This document shows, piece by piece, positions 27,101-39,169 of a DNA stretch of 64,000 nucleotides. The stretch is from positions 1-64,000 of the forward strand of contig NIVC01003708.1 in the NCBI GenBank assembly GCA_002269645.1. Direction: 5' to 3'. The DNA is from Macrostomum lignano (lineage: Eukaryota). Each line of letters opens with the position of its first letter. Within the stretch, counting starts at the first letter, position 1. The position numbers and the translations under genes are program-made. The notes beneath the pieces were generated by a model. That model was not told where the DNA came from. It saw only the letters and a program-made list of their open reading frames with translations, and did not search any database.

Positions 27101-30100
27101 GAATGCACTCTGATGATAGAAGCCTATTAACCAAAAGCAAACTGCTAACTATATTCTGCAAAAGTCATCTAAGATTGTAATTTGCAATGTAAAGGCTGCT
27201 TTGTTAAAAGTATACAAAAAGTGGCATTGCTTTTCAAAACTTCAAATTTTGTAAGGCTTGCTTATCTTTTATAGACATAGAAGAGTAGCTCCAAGTGGCT
27301 ATTCTCTTACTTTTGGGCTGGCTAAGGATTGATCTAAATGCTATCTTCAAGGACAATTTTCCAGTTTGAGCCATTAAAGATGGCTTCAAGAGTGGCAAGT
27401 TAGATGAATAGAGCCAATCTATTATTTGAGACACTTATAGATACCATTATTATTTTTGTTCTAGTGTTCATTGCTTTTAACTTGCAGTATATTTTTATTC
27501 TCAAGCCATTCCTTGAATTCATTGAGGTAATGGCAAAGCTGCATTGACAGCATTGTCAAGCTATATGCAGTGATACTATATCTTTGCTTGCTGCATTTTG
27601 CTAATCATGCTTTATTTGTTGCTAAATGATAATGCTAGTGCCTATAGTTTGCTGACATAAAGTAATATTTCTACAATCATTTATTTAATTCTTAACAATA
27701 CATCACATCCATAAAAAACTAGGGATTCAATTCAAAGCAAAATAGCTCTTTGGATAAGGTCATATTTATGTTCCCTCTATGTTCAAGCCTGTACTGAAAA
27801 CACTAGGTTTTATGCCCTGAATATGTGCCATAATACCTTCAGCCTTTCTTTTGCAAATGTCTGCTTGGCCATAGTTAACTTTATATTTATTATTTTACTC
27901 ATTTTAAAGTGGTATGCCTTTAGTTAGGCTTTTGTGCTCAATACAGGCAAATGAAATAGTCTATGATTATACTTTAGTTAAAAGTACTAGCAATCCAGTC
28001 CATTTGATGAGTGCAAAAATGAAAATGAAAATATGGCTAAAAACATTAAAGAATGGACCCATGGTTCCAGTAAGCCTTGACATCTTAGCAATTCCCCCAG
28101 CTGCAAGCCTTGACATCTTAGCAACTCTCCCAGTAAGCCTCAACAATCCCTTGTAAGCCTCGACATCCCAGCAATTGCCCCATAGGCCTTAACATCCTAG
28201 CAATTCCCGTTGTAAGCCTTGATACCCCAGCCATTTCCTCCGTAAGCTTTGACATCTCAGCAATAAAGGAAACTCATTTCTTTTAATTTTGTGTTAATTT
28301 ATATTACATTAGTTTGTTTCCAATCTGTCACTTCTATTATATTAAATTTATTGTTTTATAACATTTAATTATATTATTTTGCTTAGCAAAATAATTGTTC
28401 TTTAAAAAACATATCAAACACATTTTACTAATTATGCCATTAAGAAAACCTTTGTTAGGAAAGCATTTGCAAATTGCAGCAAATTGCAAATTGTAAAGCT
28501 TTTGCAGAGGAGAAAGGAGAGATGAAAGAGTAAATGGAAGAGGAGAGAGGAAAAAGATGAGATTGTAGAGATGAGAGAGAGAGAGATGAGTAGAGATGAG
28601 AGATGAAGGAAGAGAGAGCAGAGTGCAGAGAGACGAGAGAAGAGAATATAGGGGAGAGAGTATAGTAGAGGGAAGAAAAGAGAGGAGTAAGGAAAGAGAG
28701 GAGTCAGAAGAGGGGAAAGAGAAGAGTACACAGTAGAGAGGAGAGTAGAGATGACAGAGAGAGGGGAATGAGAGAGCAAAGATGAGAGTGAACAGACGAT
28801 ATAAGAGAGAAGAGGAGAAGAGAGGGGAGTGGAGAGAGAAGAGAGAAGACAAGAGAGGGAGAGAGTATAGAAGAGAAGAGTAGAGATGGGAAGAAAGAAG
28901 AAAGGAAAGAGAGTCCTGAGTCAAAAAGGGGAAAGAGAGGAGTACAAGAGAGAGGTGAGAGAACATATGAGAGTAAAGATGACACATGAGAGAAAGGAGA
29001 TGAGAGAGCAGAAACGAGAGTGAACAGACGAGAGATAGGAGAGTAGAGAGAAAAGAGGAGAGACAAGAAATAAGAGATGAGAGATGGAGACAAGGGAGAG
29101 ATGAAAAGTGAGTGAAGAGAGAGGAGGGGAAGGGAGAGAATCTAGAGGACAGGGGAAACTGATGAAAAGGATGAGAGAGGAGAGGAAAGAGGGGAGAGAT
29201 TAGAGAGAAGAGAGATTGGACAGGAGAGAGCAGAGAGATGAGAGGAGAGAGAGAGGGGGGGAGAGAAGAGAGAAATGAGAAAAGATAAGAGAGAGAGAAG
29301 ATAAAAGAAGAGAAATGAGCAATAAGAGAGCAAAGACGAGAGAGAAGGGAGGTGAGGGAAGAGACGATAGAAGAGATGAGAGAGTGGACAGAGGAGAGAA
29401 GAGTGGAAAAATGAGAGTTAAGAGAAGAGAGGAAAAAGGAGAGAGTAGAGATGAGGGAAGTGTTGAGAGAGGGTAGAGTAAGGAGTGAGAAGAGGAGAGA
29501 GGGAAGAGAGAGTAGAGAGCAGAGAGAAATGAGAAGAGATAAAAGAGGAGAAAGGAGATATAAGAGACCAGAGACCAGAGAGGAAGAGAGGAGAGGAGAG
29601 AAAAAAAGAATAGAGAGAAGAGAGGAGAGGAAAGAGGACAGAGGAGAGAAGAAAGAAGAGATAAGAGGAGAGAGAGAGAGAAGAGACGAGGGAGAAGATA
29701 GGAAACAGAAAAGAAGATGGAAGTTTCAAAGGATGCAAAGATTCAAAGATTTTAGAGAGAGGCAGAAGTAGAGGTCAGAGTTTGCCTGACATTCTGCCCA
29801 CTGTGCGCAGCACCCCAGCCAACAATATCAATGCTTGCTTCAAATCCTAATTTTACACGAATGTAAACTCTATTCATCCTAACTATTAACAAGTTTTTGT
29901 TTGAGTTTGACCTCAGATTTCAGAATACACGCAAAAATAATTCCGGGGAATGGAGTTCCCTGGGTTCAAAATCCGTGGGTTTCAACAGCTTATATATATA
30001 TATATCAAGGACTTAAGAGTACCAATCAAGCTTAAGAGTCAAGCTTAAGAGTACCTATATGCACAGTTTTTATTACAAATATACTTGATTCAAAAAAGGA

Positions 30101-31164
30101 ACAGCACAAAAAGTTTGGCTAATGCCACTTGTGAGTATTTGCAACTTTGGGCTTATGAAATGAAGTAAAAACAACATGAAAATGAAAACTTCAATACACA
30201 GCTATATGAAAATATAATAGAGTAACATGTTGTGCATGTTAAATTAAAAGAATGGTAGTCTTCACTGCCCCAGATCAAATACAATCACTGCTTTTGTGAC
30301 AAAAAACTGATTTTTTCCTATCTCCGCAGTGTATTTTTTCCAGGAAATCGTGGCCTCTAAAAAATTGCACGATCTTTGAGTTTTACGTCCTGTTAGTCTA
30401 GAAGTCCTTGATATATATATAGAGATAAATAGATCCTTTTAATCTATTTATATATCAATATATAAATGCTGCAGACCTTACATTATGGACCTTCTAAGGA
30501 CCTTCTTTTGGACCTTCACAAATCACAATGTAGTAGCTTTAGTTGTTATTAGAATAGAACTAACATTCATTAGACTATTGGTTATTTGCCACAATTCTTT
30601 TATTTGGCAAAGAGGCAATCTTGCTCATAGATAATAAAATTGGACAGCCAAATCAATACTCTATTCATCCAACTTATGTTGCCAAGCCATAAGAATTCTA
30701 GATAATAACCTAGATTAAGAAGGGAAAGCTTTTTTATGTATACATAACTAGGCCAAGATGGGAATAATGGTAAATTTATCAATGAAATGCATCTCAACAA
30801 AATTGAATATTCTGCTAGAAATATTTTCGGCATTTGCAATGCAATGCCTGTCATTGTCAATTAAGGTGTTAGGAGTGGTATTCACCAAAGAGTAGGCCCT
30901 AATGATTGCAAAATAAACCCATTTTTGGGTAAAAAATCAGGCATTCTGCTTGTAAAGTATAAAAACCTATAGAAGTAGCATGCCATAGCCTTTTCAATAT
31001 CATATTATTCTTATTCCTAGCTTTAGCCTGGCCCTGCTATATTTGGAAATAGAAGATAGGCCTAAGCAGCATGGACCATCGACATAGATAGGGTAGGGAA
31101 ACGACCCTAAAATCTTACCAGCAGGTGCGTGTCCCGCTTTGAACTCGGTGTTGTTATCCTCCAT
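21130..31164 (-). CDS. DAP: Death-associated protein 1 (DAP/DAP1 family); exon 1 31164-31119, exon 2 21407-21130
   Basis: The spliced product MEDNNTEFKAGHAPAAKVGNMRVAGHR...LVKEDKAFTPDAVKAYHDKPVP...HNIHQPRK* has the DAP hallmarks KAGHxPA, G.MR, KxDK.F and terminal I.QPRK. Phase-1 donor G|GTAAG matches acceptor TGCAG|CC. Confidence 0.92.
22355..22560. repeat. ~47-bp degenerate tandem repeat (4-5 copies)
   Basis: GACCTAGAAATAGGGATAAAAGCCATAAAGGC.ACAGAGGTTGTA repeated. Confidence 0.75.
22840..25570 (+). mobile_element. Heavily decayed Ty3/Gypsy retrotransposon relic (gag-like, protease region, RT)
   Basis: RT N-terminus HEILLKDKTPVRIPTRRIPLHFQKQVNAQLDNMLAKNLIRPCYSTYATPLVIV (24690-24860), DLNSDFWQV, GTFQRLMNLVL, KLKYLGHVI...TDEAKIEAIRSWPKPKD. 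PBS-like TGGTG motifs near 22845 and 22895. Many stops and frameshifts. Confidence 0.8.
25600..27700 (-). mobile_element. Possible decayed hAT-type transposase relic
   Basis: Degenerate minus-strand fragments resemble hAT motifs: SHCI*LDNAVNAA (HC.AH.L.LA), PWAT*VASTTQALLEL (TRW.S), LAMLAMFLACPP...CIWG (dimerisation domain). Motif recall only. Confidence 0.35.
26228..26761. mobile_element. Non-autonomous hAT-like MITE (~534 bp)
   Basis: Right end reads CAGGGTGTCTGCAACCTGGAAAAACCTGGAA on the minus strand; left end is the degenerate CAGCGCGTTTGC. Subterminal TTCCAGGTTTTTCCAGGTT occurs near both ends. GAGAATA flanks both sides (near 8-bp TSD). Confidence 0.65.
28070..28260. repeat. ~30-bp degenerate tandem repeat
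   Basis: GTAAGCCTTGACATC(T/C)(T/C)AGCAA recurs about 6 times. Confidence 0.7.
28505..29775 (+). repeat. Non-periodic GA-rich polypurine low-complexity tract (~1.27 kb)
   Basis: Almost entirely A/G on the + strand; the ORFs over it are L/S/F or E/R junk. Confidence 0.95.
30006..30410. mobile_element. Putative MITE (405 bp) flanked by (TA)n
   Basis: Inverted ends CAAGGACTT (30006-30014) and AAGTCCTTG (30402-30410), each abutting a TA run. Confidence 0.5.
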
Positions 31165-32656
31165 TTTTAAAGCGTTATCAATAAGAAACTTATTTAATAA
31201 GGTGCAAGGCGTTTAACTATTAGTGACAGCAGCGCTATGTAACATGCAATGCGATGCGATAAATAAGTTGAATATCGAATTTACTACTACTTAAATGAAA
31301 AGTATTAATGTTGTGTCGTCTTGACCTAAAAAATCCAGGTAATACTATATCCTATGTAGAATATGTTTTGCAATTCTTAGTAACTAACAAATATATATTA
31401 TTTCATTCGTTAAAGTTTGTAAATTTTAAATTTAAAATCGTTATCTAATTCGAGCGTAGTGGCAGTACGTACAGTAGTTGGTTGTGTTGGGCCGGGTTGG
31501 TTGGTGGCTATGGCACACACAGTGTATACTATTGACTTCTCGACTAATGAATGATGTGTTAGCCAGATCGGATTCAGTTGTTAAATACTACCTTCCTGAC
31601 ATTGTGATATTAATATGAAACAACTTTTCTTTACTTTTTGAACGTGTTTGTGAACCTTCGTATATTTCGAGCCAAATTTTGCCATTTTGGGCATAGGGAC
31701 ATTAAAATTAATGACAGTCTTCTAGTTTGTTTTCAATATTTTTTTCAAGTTTAAATCAGTCCCACCACATAGTGCCTCTAAGCATTAGATGGAGTGGTTG
31801 ATAAAGTAAATGGATAGAGGTAGGATGATATCTATTTTTGAGATTTTTAGATTTTTGAGACTCAAGATCTATTAGGCCTATTTTACAATATTCAAGATTT
31901 GATCAAGATTTGAGTTTAAGCCTAAGACTAGGCCTAGACATAATTATTACCTAGTCCTACTACTACTAGGCCTATTTACACTATTTTATCTATATTAGTG
32001 CTAATATTGTTATTTGTTAAATATGTTAGGCCCCTAGGGTTAGGGATAGGGTTAGGCTAGACCTTAATAATAGGCCCTAATTGAAGAAAAACAATTCTTT
32101 TTTATTTTTAGCTTGTTAGTAACTTGATATATATCAAATATAAATATGATAATAGACAATAGTTTAGTCACCAAGAGTACCAGATATTTTGGTGACAAAT
32201 GGTCATTTTAATGACAAGTTGCTTCTTACCAAATCCAAATGCAGACATACTTGACCTATGAGATTCTATAAGTTTGTTATTTTAGTGACATAAGGCACTT
32301 CATAATATTATGAATTGTATATGTTTTGTATATAAATATTAAAATAATATTCAAACCAATGTATTAATATTTCATTTTTGTGCAGATAATTTTGAATATA
32401 TATATATAGGGCCTAACACAATTTCTTTATATATTAATATTTTTATATAAACATAGCTTATGGCAAATTGACAATTGTTTTCAACAGATTTATATGCATA
32501 TAAGCCTTTAGTCTCATTATATGCATCCTATTTTATTTTTATTTTTAGTAAGTACACAAGGATAGTAAAACTTTTTCTAGTAGTCCTTTATATTTCACTT
32601 AGCAAATGCACTAAGTTTAACCTATTTTTTTATTAAAAGCAGGGAGCTGTATGGCA

Positions 32657-32975
32657 CACTTTAAGCGATATAAGCATATAACCGGCGAGATACATTACTG
32701 CCCATTCCGCCGACTCCCCTGAGCAGGCATACAAGTGTGCGGATACGTACGCAGGCACACACTCACACAGGAGTGTACAACGGCCCTAACTTTATTTTAT
32801 CCTTAGGCATGTACACTTCACTGTGCCTTGGGGGTTGGCTCTCAACGCTGTTAATTGCACGAGCAGAGCCAAGCCGAGATTCCAATTCAGCCCCAAATTA
32901 ATGTGACTACACTTGGAATCAAGCTTGGGTCACTGGCATACCAGAGCTTGTGCTAGATCGCTAGGCTATGGCCCC
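32657..32975 (-). mobile_element. tRNA-derived SINE, full-length-looking copy
   Basis: Minus-strand head GGGGCCATAGCCTAGCGATCTAGCAC...GCTTGATTCC has A-box and decayed B-box similarity. The body (32657-32907) aligns with 51912-52150. Confidence 0.7.
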
Positions 32976-34131
32976 CTAAGTTTAACCCATAGTTTGGATC
33001 AGGCTATGTGCATGCTCATACATGCGCAACTTCCAAAACTTGGTCAGCCATGCAACTTAGTTTTAACAAAAATGCAATGGAGTTTTTGGCTAAAAAATGC
33101 AACTTACATGTAAAAGAAACCCTAAAGCAAAATTAATGCAACTTTGTATAAACAACAGGAGTAACTATAACTATCTTATTAAGGCAAAAGCTGCGTTATA
33201 TACAAATGTACTATTTGGTTATTTATTTTGGTGGTCATTTTTGCAACTTACCTTGGTTGGCTGCCAAATCAGTTGGTCAGATCGGCTGACTCATGTATGT
33301 GCATGTTGCGCATGTATATGCATGCCCAAACAAAAATCAATAGTTACAAATGGACCCCACAAAAAATTGTGCCCATTCTTAAAACTCTGCCAGTAAATAA
33401 ATAATTTTTTATTATTTTTTTCTCTAAGGCTCTGTGATCACTTTTCTTCCAAAAACCTTTTTAATATTAAAAAGTATATAATAAAAATCACAATGCTAAA
33501 ATATTAAAACCTAGCAACAAGCTCACTTGATTGCTTAACTATGAGTGTATTAAAAAACTAAATGCCTTATCATCTAAATAGTATCCATCTATTTTTGGGT
33601 AGGCATTTTATGACTAACCTTTATTGGGCCCCTTGCTAGTTGGCTGGATTGACCAGCTTGGCTGGGTGTTGCGCATGTTTGTTGCTTGCCCTCCCTACCT
33701 TGATCTCTCATTTCCTAGCTCACTTATTGCTTAAGAGTTGCTTTTAATTTGAATACATTGTTCTTCAGCCTAACCTAATTACCTTAACTGATAAATTCAT
33801 CCACTGACCATAATTGACAACTACCCTTTCTTTACAATAGATTGAACCTTTTGTTTGCCCAAATAATTTGAACCTATTATAAACTTAAGCTAATCAAGCC
33901 TTTATTTGGAACAGCTCCCAGTTATATTCTTTGTAGGATAACATTGTGAGATTGTGAGCATCAAATACAGTGGTCTGTAAGTTAATATCATATGATGCAT
34001 ATGTTCAACTCACTTTTTCATTTTGTTGCAAAAAATTGTTTGTGGTTAAAGTCAACTTTCATTTTTCTTTGTTATTTCTCATTAAGCGTAACTTGACTTC
34101 ATGCATTATTAAACCAAGTTGCTGAATCAGC

Positions 34132-37041
34132 ATGGATCTTGACGACAGTACTGTACTACCAGATAAGAAGCTTATCCCTGCTGATCCCAATGCTGATGAC
34201 AGCCAGCAGGGAGATAAGGAGCCAACTCCTGAGGCAAACAAAAATGGCAATGGCATGGCAAAAGGCCAGACAGAAGAGTTGGTAGCCAATGAATTGCAAA
34301 ATCTCGAAGTTGCCAGGCTGCTACAACCAGAGCCAGATACAAAGGTTCTAGATGATGACAAGCCACTGGAAGTTGGCGGTTCGGCACCCAACGATGTCTA
34401 TTATACTGTGTTCATTGTGTTTGCACTGCACGGTATTGGCATCCTATTGCCTTGGAATATGTTTATCAATGCCCATTCTTACTTTGTGGATTACAAGCTG
34501 TATACTAATGTGTCTGCTAATGCCGATTATCGCTGTAATTTTATGCATTACATTACACTGTCTGCCCAGCTGCCTAACATGCTAATGATGGCTTTTAATG
34601 TCTTCTTCCAACCTACTAAGCCGTCATTGAAGTCCAGCAACGATGTGCGCAAACTGATGCTTGTTATTCTAATTGAAATTGGCATCTGCTTGTTCACTGT
34701 CGCTCTGGCTGTAGTAGATAGTAGCCAATGGCCTGCCACTTTCTTTGGCATCACCATTGCCTGTATTGTGTTGCTGAATTGCTGCGCTGGTGTGTACCAA
34801 TCTTCTGCTTATGGCATGGCTGCTCTGCTGCCAATGGCCTACTCCAATGCTATCGTGCTTGGTAAGCGTTCTGTGCTTTTGTTTAGTGTTGCTCTGTGTT
34901 CCTCTGGTCATTCGGCGGGTTCCTATCCCATACACAGGCCATTCGGCGGGTTCCTATCCCATACACTTGTCATTCAGCGGGTTCCTATTCCAAAGACTGG
35001 TCAGTCAGCGGGTTCCTATCCCATACACTGGTCATTCGGTAGACTGTTACCATTTATTATGCTAATCAGGTAGGCCTAAAGGTTTAAAATTGTACGCATT
35101 TCATCTGCATCCATCCCTATCCGTCACCAGGAAACAACGTATCTGGCACAGTAATTAGCTTGGTTAATTTAGCCAGCAAAGCCGCTTCAAGTCTCAACCT
35201 GCAGCTGACGGCAATTCTATACTTCTCGGCCGCTGTTATCATCCTGCTAATCTGCTTTGGTTCGCTGTTTCTGCTACCAAAACTCTCATTCTACCAGCAC
35301 TACCAAGCCAGGGAGTTCGAAATTCCCATGCTAGAATTTGACGAGACTGCGAATAGCAATGGCAAGCCTGATGGCGGCAACGGCACGGTTTGCGAATCCG
35401 CGGAGCCGACTGTTGTTGTGGTGGACGTTGGCGGCGACGGCTGCTGCGACGACTACAGCAATACGGCTGTTGAATGCTGCGCACTGTGCTGTCTTAGGGG
35501 CGGCGACTCTAAGCTGGTCTGCAGCCGGTTAGTTAAAAACCAATGCTTCTACTCATGCTCTCATAGTCTTGTGAAATTCACAGATCGAAAACTTTCAAGA
35601 TCCAACTCTCCCAGATCCCTGTTTTTTTAGCAGCCAATTCTCCCAGATACTCGATTGCTGGGCCACCGTCCCAGATCCCCAGTTTCTGAGCCACCCTCCC
35701 AGATCCTCAGTTGCTGGGCCACCGTCCCAGATCCTCAGTTGCTGGGCCAGCCTCCCAGATCCTCAGTTGCTGGGCCAGCCTCCCAGATCCTCAGTTGCTG
35801 GGCCAGCCTCCCAGATCCTCAGTTGCTGGGCCAGCCTCCCAGATCCTCAGTTTCTAGGCCAGCCTCCCAGATCCTCAGTTGCTGGGCCAGCCTCCCAGAT
35901 CCCCCAGTTGCTGGGCCACCCTCCCAGATCCTCAGTTTCTGAGCCACCCTCCCAGATCCTCAGTTGCTGGGCCAGCCTCCCAGATCCTCAGTTGCTGGGC
36001 CAGCCTCCCAGATCCTCAGTTTCTAGGCCAGCCTTCCAGATCCTCAGTTGCTGGGCCAGCCTTCCAGATCCTCAGTTGCTGGGCCAGCCTCCCAGAGTGT
36101 CAGTTGCTGGGCCAGCCTCCCAGAGTGTCAGTTGCTGGGTCAGCCTCCCAGAGTGTCAGTTGCTGGGCCAGCCTCCTAGAGTGTCAGTTGCTTGGTCAAC
36201 CTCCTAGAGTGTCAGTTGCTGGGTCAACCTCCCAGAGTGTCAGTTGCTGGGCCAGCCTCCTAGAGTGTCAGTTGCTGGGTCAACCTTCCAGATCCTCAGT
36301 TGCTGGGCCACCTTCAAGATCCTCAGTTGCTGGGCCAGCCTCCCAGATCCTGAGTTGCTGAGCCGGCCTCCCAGATCCTGAGCTGCTGAGCCAACCTCCC
36401 AGATCCTCGGTTGCTGGGCCAGCCTCCCAGATCCTCAGCTGCTGTTTAAACCATCGCATATAATACCCGTTCCATATTTCATTGTCCACAGCTACTGGCA
36501 TCGCTATTGGGAGGCCTTTCGTCACTGCTGGGTCCACTGCGTCAGCGTTTGGTGCGTCTTTTTCTGCACCCTGGCCTGTTTCCCGGCGCTTCAGGCCACC
36601 ATTGAGCCGGTGACCCTGCTAAGCCTGAAGGACTGGTTCGTTGACATCTTCGTATTTCTATTCTTTAATCTCTTCGCCATGCTTGGCAGCCTGGTGTCAA
36701 CATTCTGGCAGTGGCCATCGCCTCGCTGGCTAGCCCTATGCGTTTGGCCTCGCCTATTGATCTTTGTGCCATTCTTCCTCATGTGCAACTGCTTCCCGGA
36801 TAGCCGCGCCGTCATTCCGGTCCTGATTCGCAGCGATACCGCTTTCATATGCGGTATGATTGTCTTCGCTTTAACGTCGGGCTATTTATCCTCGCTGTGC
36901 ATGATGTATGCGCCAAGGAGCGTGGCCGATCCGGAGAAGCACGCAGGCTTAGCCGCTATGCTTGCTGCGTTCTTTCTTGTATTTGGCGTGTTTACCGGCA
37001 TCCTGTTTGGCACTCTGTTGAAGGCTATGTTCTTCGCTTAG
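34132..37041 (+). CDS. SLC29A: Equilibrative nucleoside transporter (ENT/SLC29); exons 34132-34861, 35131-35527, 36492-37041 (558 aa)
   Basis: Family motifs YIVF.LHGIG.LLPWNMFINA.SYF, QLPN, YQSS.YG, GNNVSG, TL.CFP, FALTSGYLSSLCMMYAP, AG...AFFL..G. Intron phases 1 and 2 join correctly; total 1677 nt. Confidence 0.95.
34905..35042. repeat. 31-bp tandem repeat in ENT intron 1
   Basis: GTCATTCGGCGGGTTCCTATCCCATACAC, about 4.5 copies. Confidence 0.85.
35620..36440. repeat. 28-bp minisatellite filling ENT intron 2
   Basis: CCCAGATCCTCAGTTGCTGGGCCAGCCT, ~28 copies, with a GAGTGTCAG variant block at ~36090-36270. Confidence 0.95.
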
Positions 37042-37194
37042 AGTTTGTTGCCGCGGTGTTGAACACTTCGGAACCAGGTTGATTGAAAGTAGCTGGGCTC
37101 TGTTTTTTAGCTACAAAAGGACAAGCAACAACGGGGGTATTTCACACCAGTGTTAGAAAAAAGTGTTGAGAAATAACACTACAAAGGAGTCGTG

Positions 37195-37760
37195 TAACGG
37201 CAACAAAACAATTATCCTTTACAATGGAACAATGATATTTCAACAACAAAACAATTATCTTTTACAACGGAACAATGATATTTCAACAACAAAACAATTA
37301 TCTTTTACAACGGAACAATGATATTTCAACAACAAAACAATGATATTTTACAACGGAACAATGATATTTCAACAACAAAACAATGATATTTTACAACGGA
37401 ACAATGATATTTCAACAACAAAACAATGATCTTTTACAACGGAACAATGATATTTCAACAACAAAACAATGATCTTTTACAACGGAACAATGATCTTTTA
37501 CAACGGAACAATGATATTTCAACAACAAAACAATGATCTTTTACAACGGAACAATGATATTTCAACAACAAAACAATTATCTTTTACAACGGAACAATGA
37601 TATTTCAACAACAAAACAATTATCTTTTACAACGGAACAATGATATTTCAACAACAAAACAATGATCTTTTACAACGGAACAATGATATTTCAACAACAG
37701 AACAGTTATCTTTCAGGACAACAGAACAATGATGTTTTACAACAGCAATGTGTCACAACA
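37195..37760. repeat. 43-bp minisatellite (dimer of ~21-bp subunits) downstream of ENT
   Basis: TTTTACAACGGAACAATGATATTTCAACAACAAAACAAT(G/T)ATC recurs at 37260, 37303, etc. Confidence 0.93.
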
Positions 37761-39169
37761 GCAGAACAAGAACGTTTAACAATAAGAATGTTTAACAGGA
37801 ACAGTACACTGATGGTTCACAAAAACAATAGATCAAGGGTTGATTAGCGTCAGGTAAGCATGAACAAGAATTTATTTGTGTTTATCAACAACAAATCAAT
37901 GGTGTTGCACACAAACAGAGGGAGAGTGTGTTTAACAATGGGTTGAATAGGAAAATATTTGAAGCATAAATGTAGTCTTAGTTACTTTTCTATTGGGCTA
38001 ATAAATAAATAAGTATGAAGTGTATTGCAACCATGCTTAAATTTAGTCACATCATAGGGGGCTTGTCTCTTATTGTCTCTTTTGCGTACATAGTTTGGTC
38101 TATATTAATAAATTTAATTTAACCTCTCCTATACCTACTACTGCGAATGTCAGTAGCCTATGCAGTACATAGTTTATTTTGTTATAATTTTACACTGATT
38201 TTTCTGTCTTCTACTACCAGTAATATATATTTTTGTACTTTTTTCTGTTACTATCTATCCAATGCTTTTAATGTAAAAATATAACGGTCACTGTAACTTT
38301 TCTTTTTCGCTAGCGTTAGGCATGTTTTTCCGTTTATTATCTGGATAAAATTTATTCGACGCAAGCGTGCCAATTACGCCAATTGAAATAAAAATGTTAA
38401 TAAATCACTTTAAATTATGGATAATTTTTGTTAATTTTAGCGCTTTTGCTTTTACAACTCAATACCAAATTTTATCCAATTTTTCCTACGCTACTTGGCT
38501 TTAATGGGTAACTTATTTAAACTTTGTTTCGTAAATTTATTGACCTAATTTTTATGTATAATAAATGCAGTTCAATGTTGTACGTGTTTAACTAATTATG
38601 CTAATTAGGCACTTTTTGTGGGTATCATTTTATTTCTTATAAAACATATTTTTATATTTTTATCAGGCATTGGGCTAGGATGTGCTCGCAAAAGGCATGT
38701 AAACTATTTTGTTTTGCTAATATTTGTTTCTGTATTTATTTACTATGTACACTGCATTTTCGCTATTGTAGTATAACTGCTTCTGTGTGTATTTTCCTAT
38801 CCTATCAGCTGACCTTCTCGAAACTCAAGGACTCATTTTAAAGTGGTCTAAAAATTGACAGTCCTATTATTGTTTGCTAAAGTGGACTCTTTCACTCAAG
38901 CTGAACTTTTTATTTGTTCAAACCATCTTTTTGTGTCAACTCGGCCACATGTCGTTACGGACTTTTTGCTAAATAAAATTGTTTCGTATAGAAAATGTCA
39001 AACTCTGCTATTGGTTCTTGGTCTTTCTACGGTCTCATTTGGTTTTTTGGCTATAAGTGGACTGGCTTTATCTAATCGAGGTGAATCCTGATTTAATCTA
39101 GGCTAACTACCCGTAGATGTGTTTCTATAGCCATAAAAATAATAACAATTGATTACACCTGCCCTAATA

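Noticed and set aside
28337-29771. L/S/F-rich and E/R-rich ORFs
   Set aside because: By-products of the GA tract.
32910-32975. Functional tRNA gene
   Set aside because: B-box is decayed, no complete cloverleaf is evident, and it is attached to a repeated body; called a SINE head instead.
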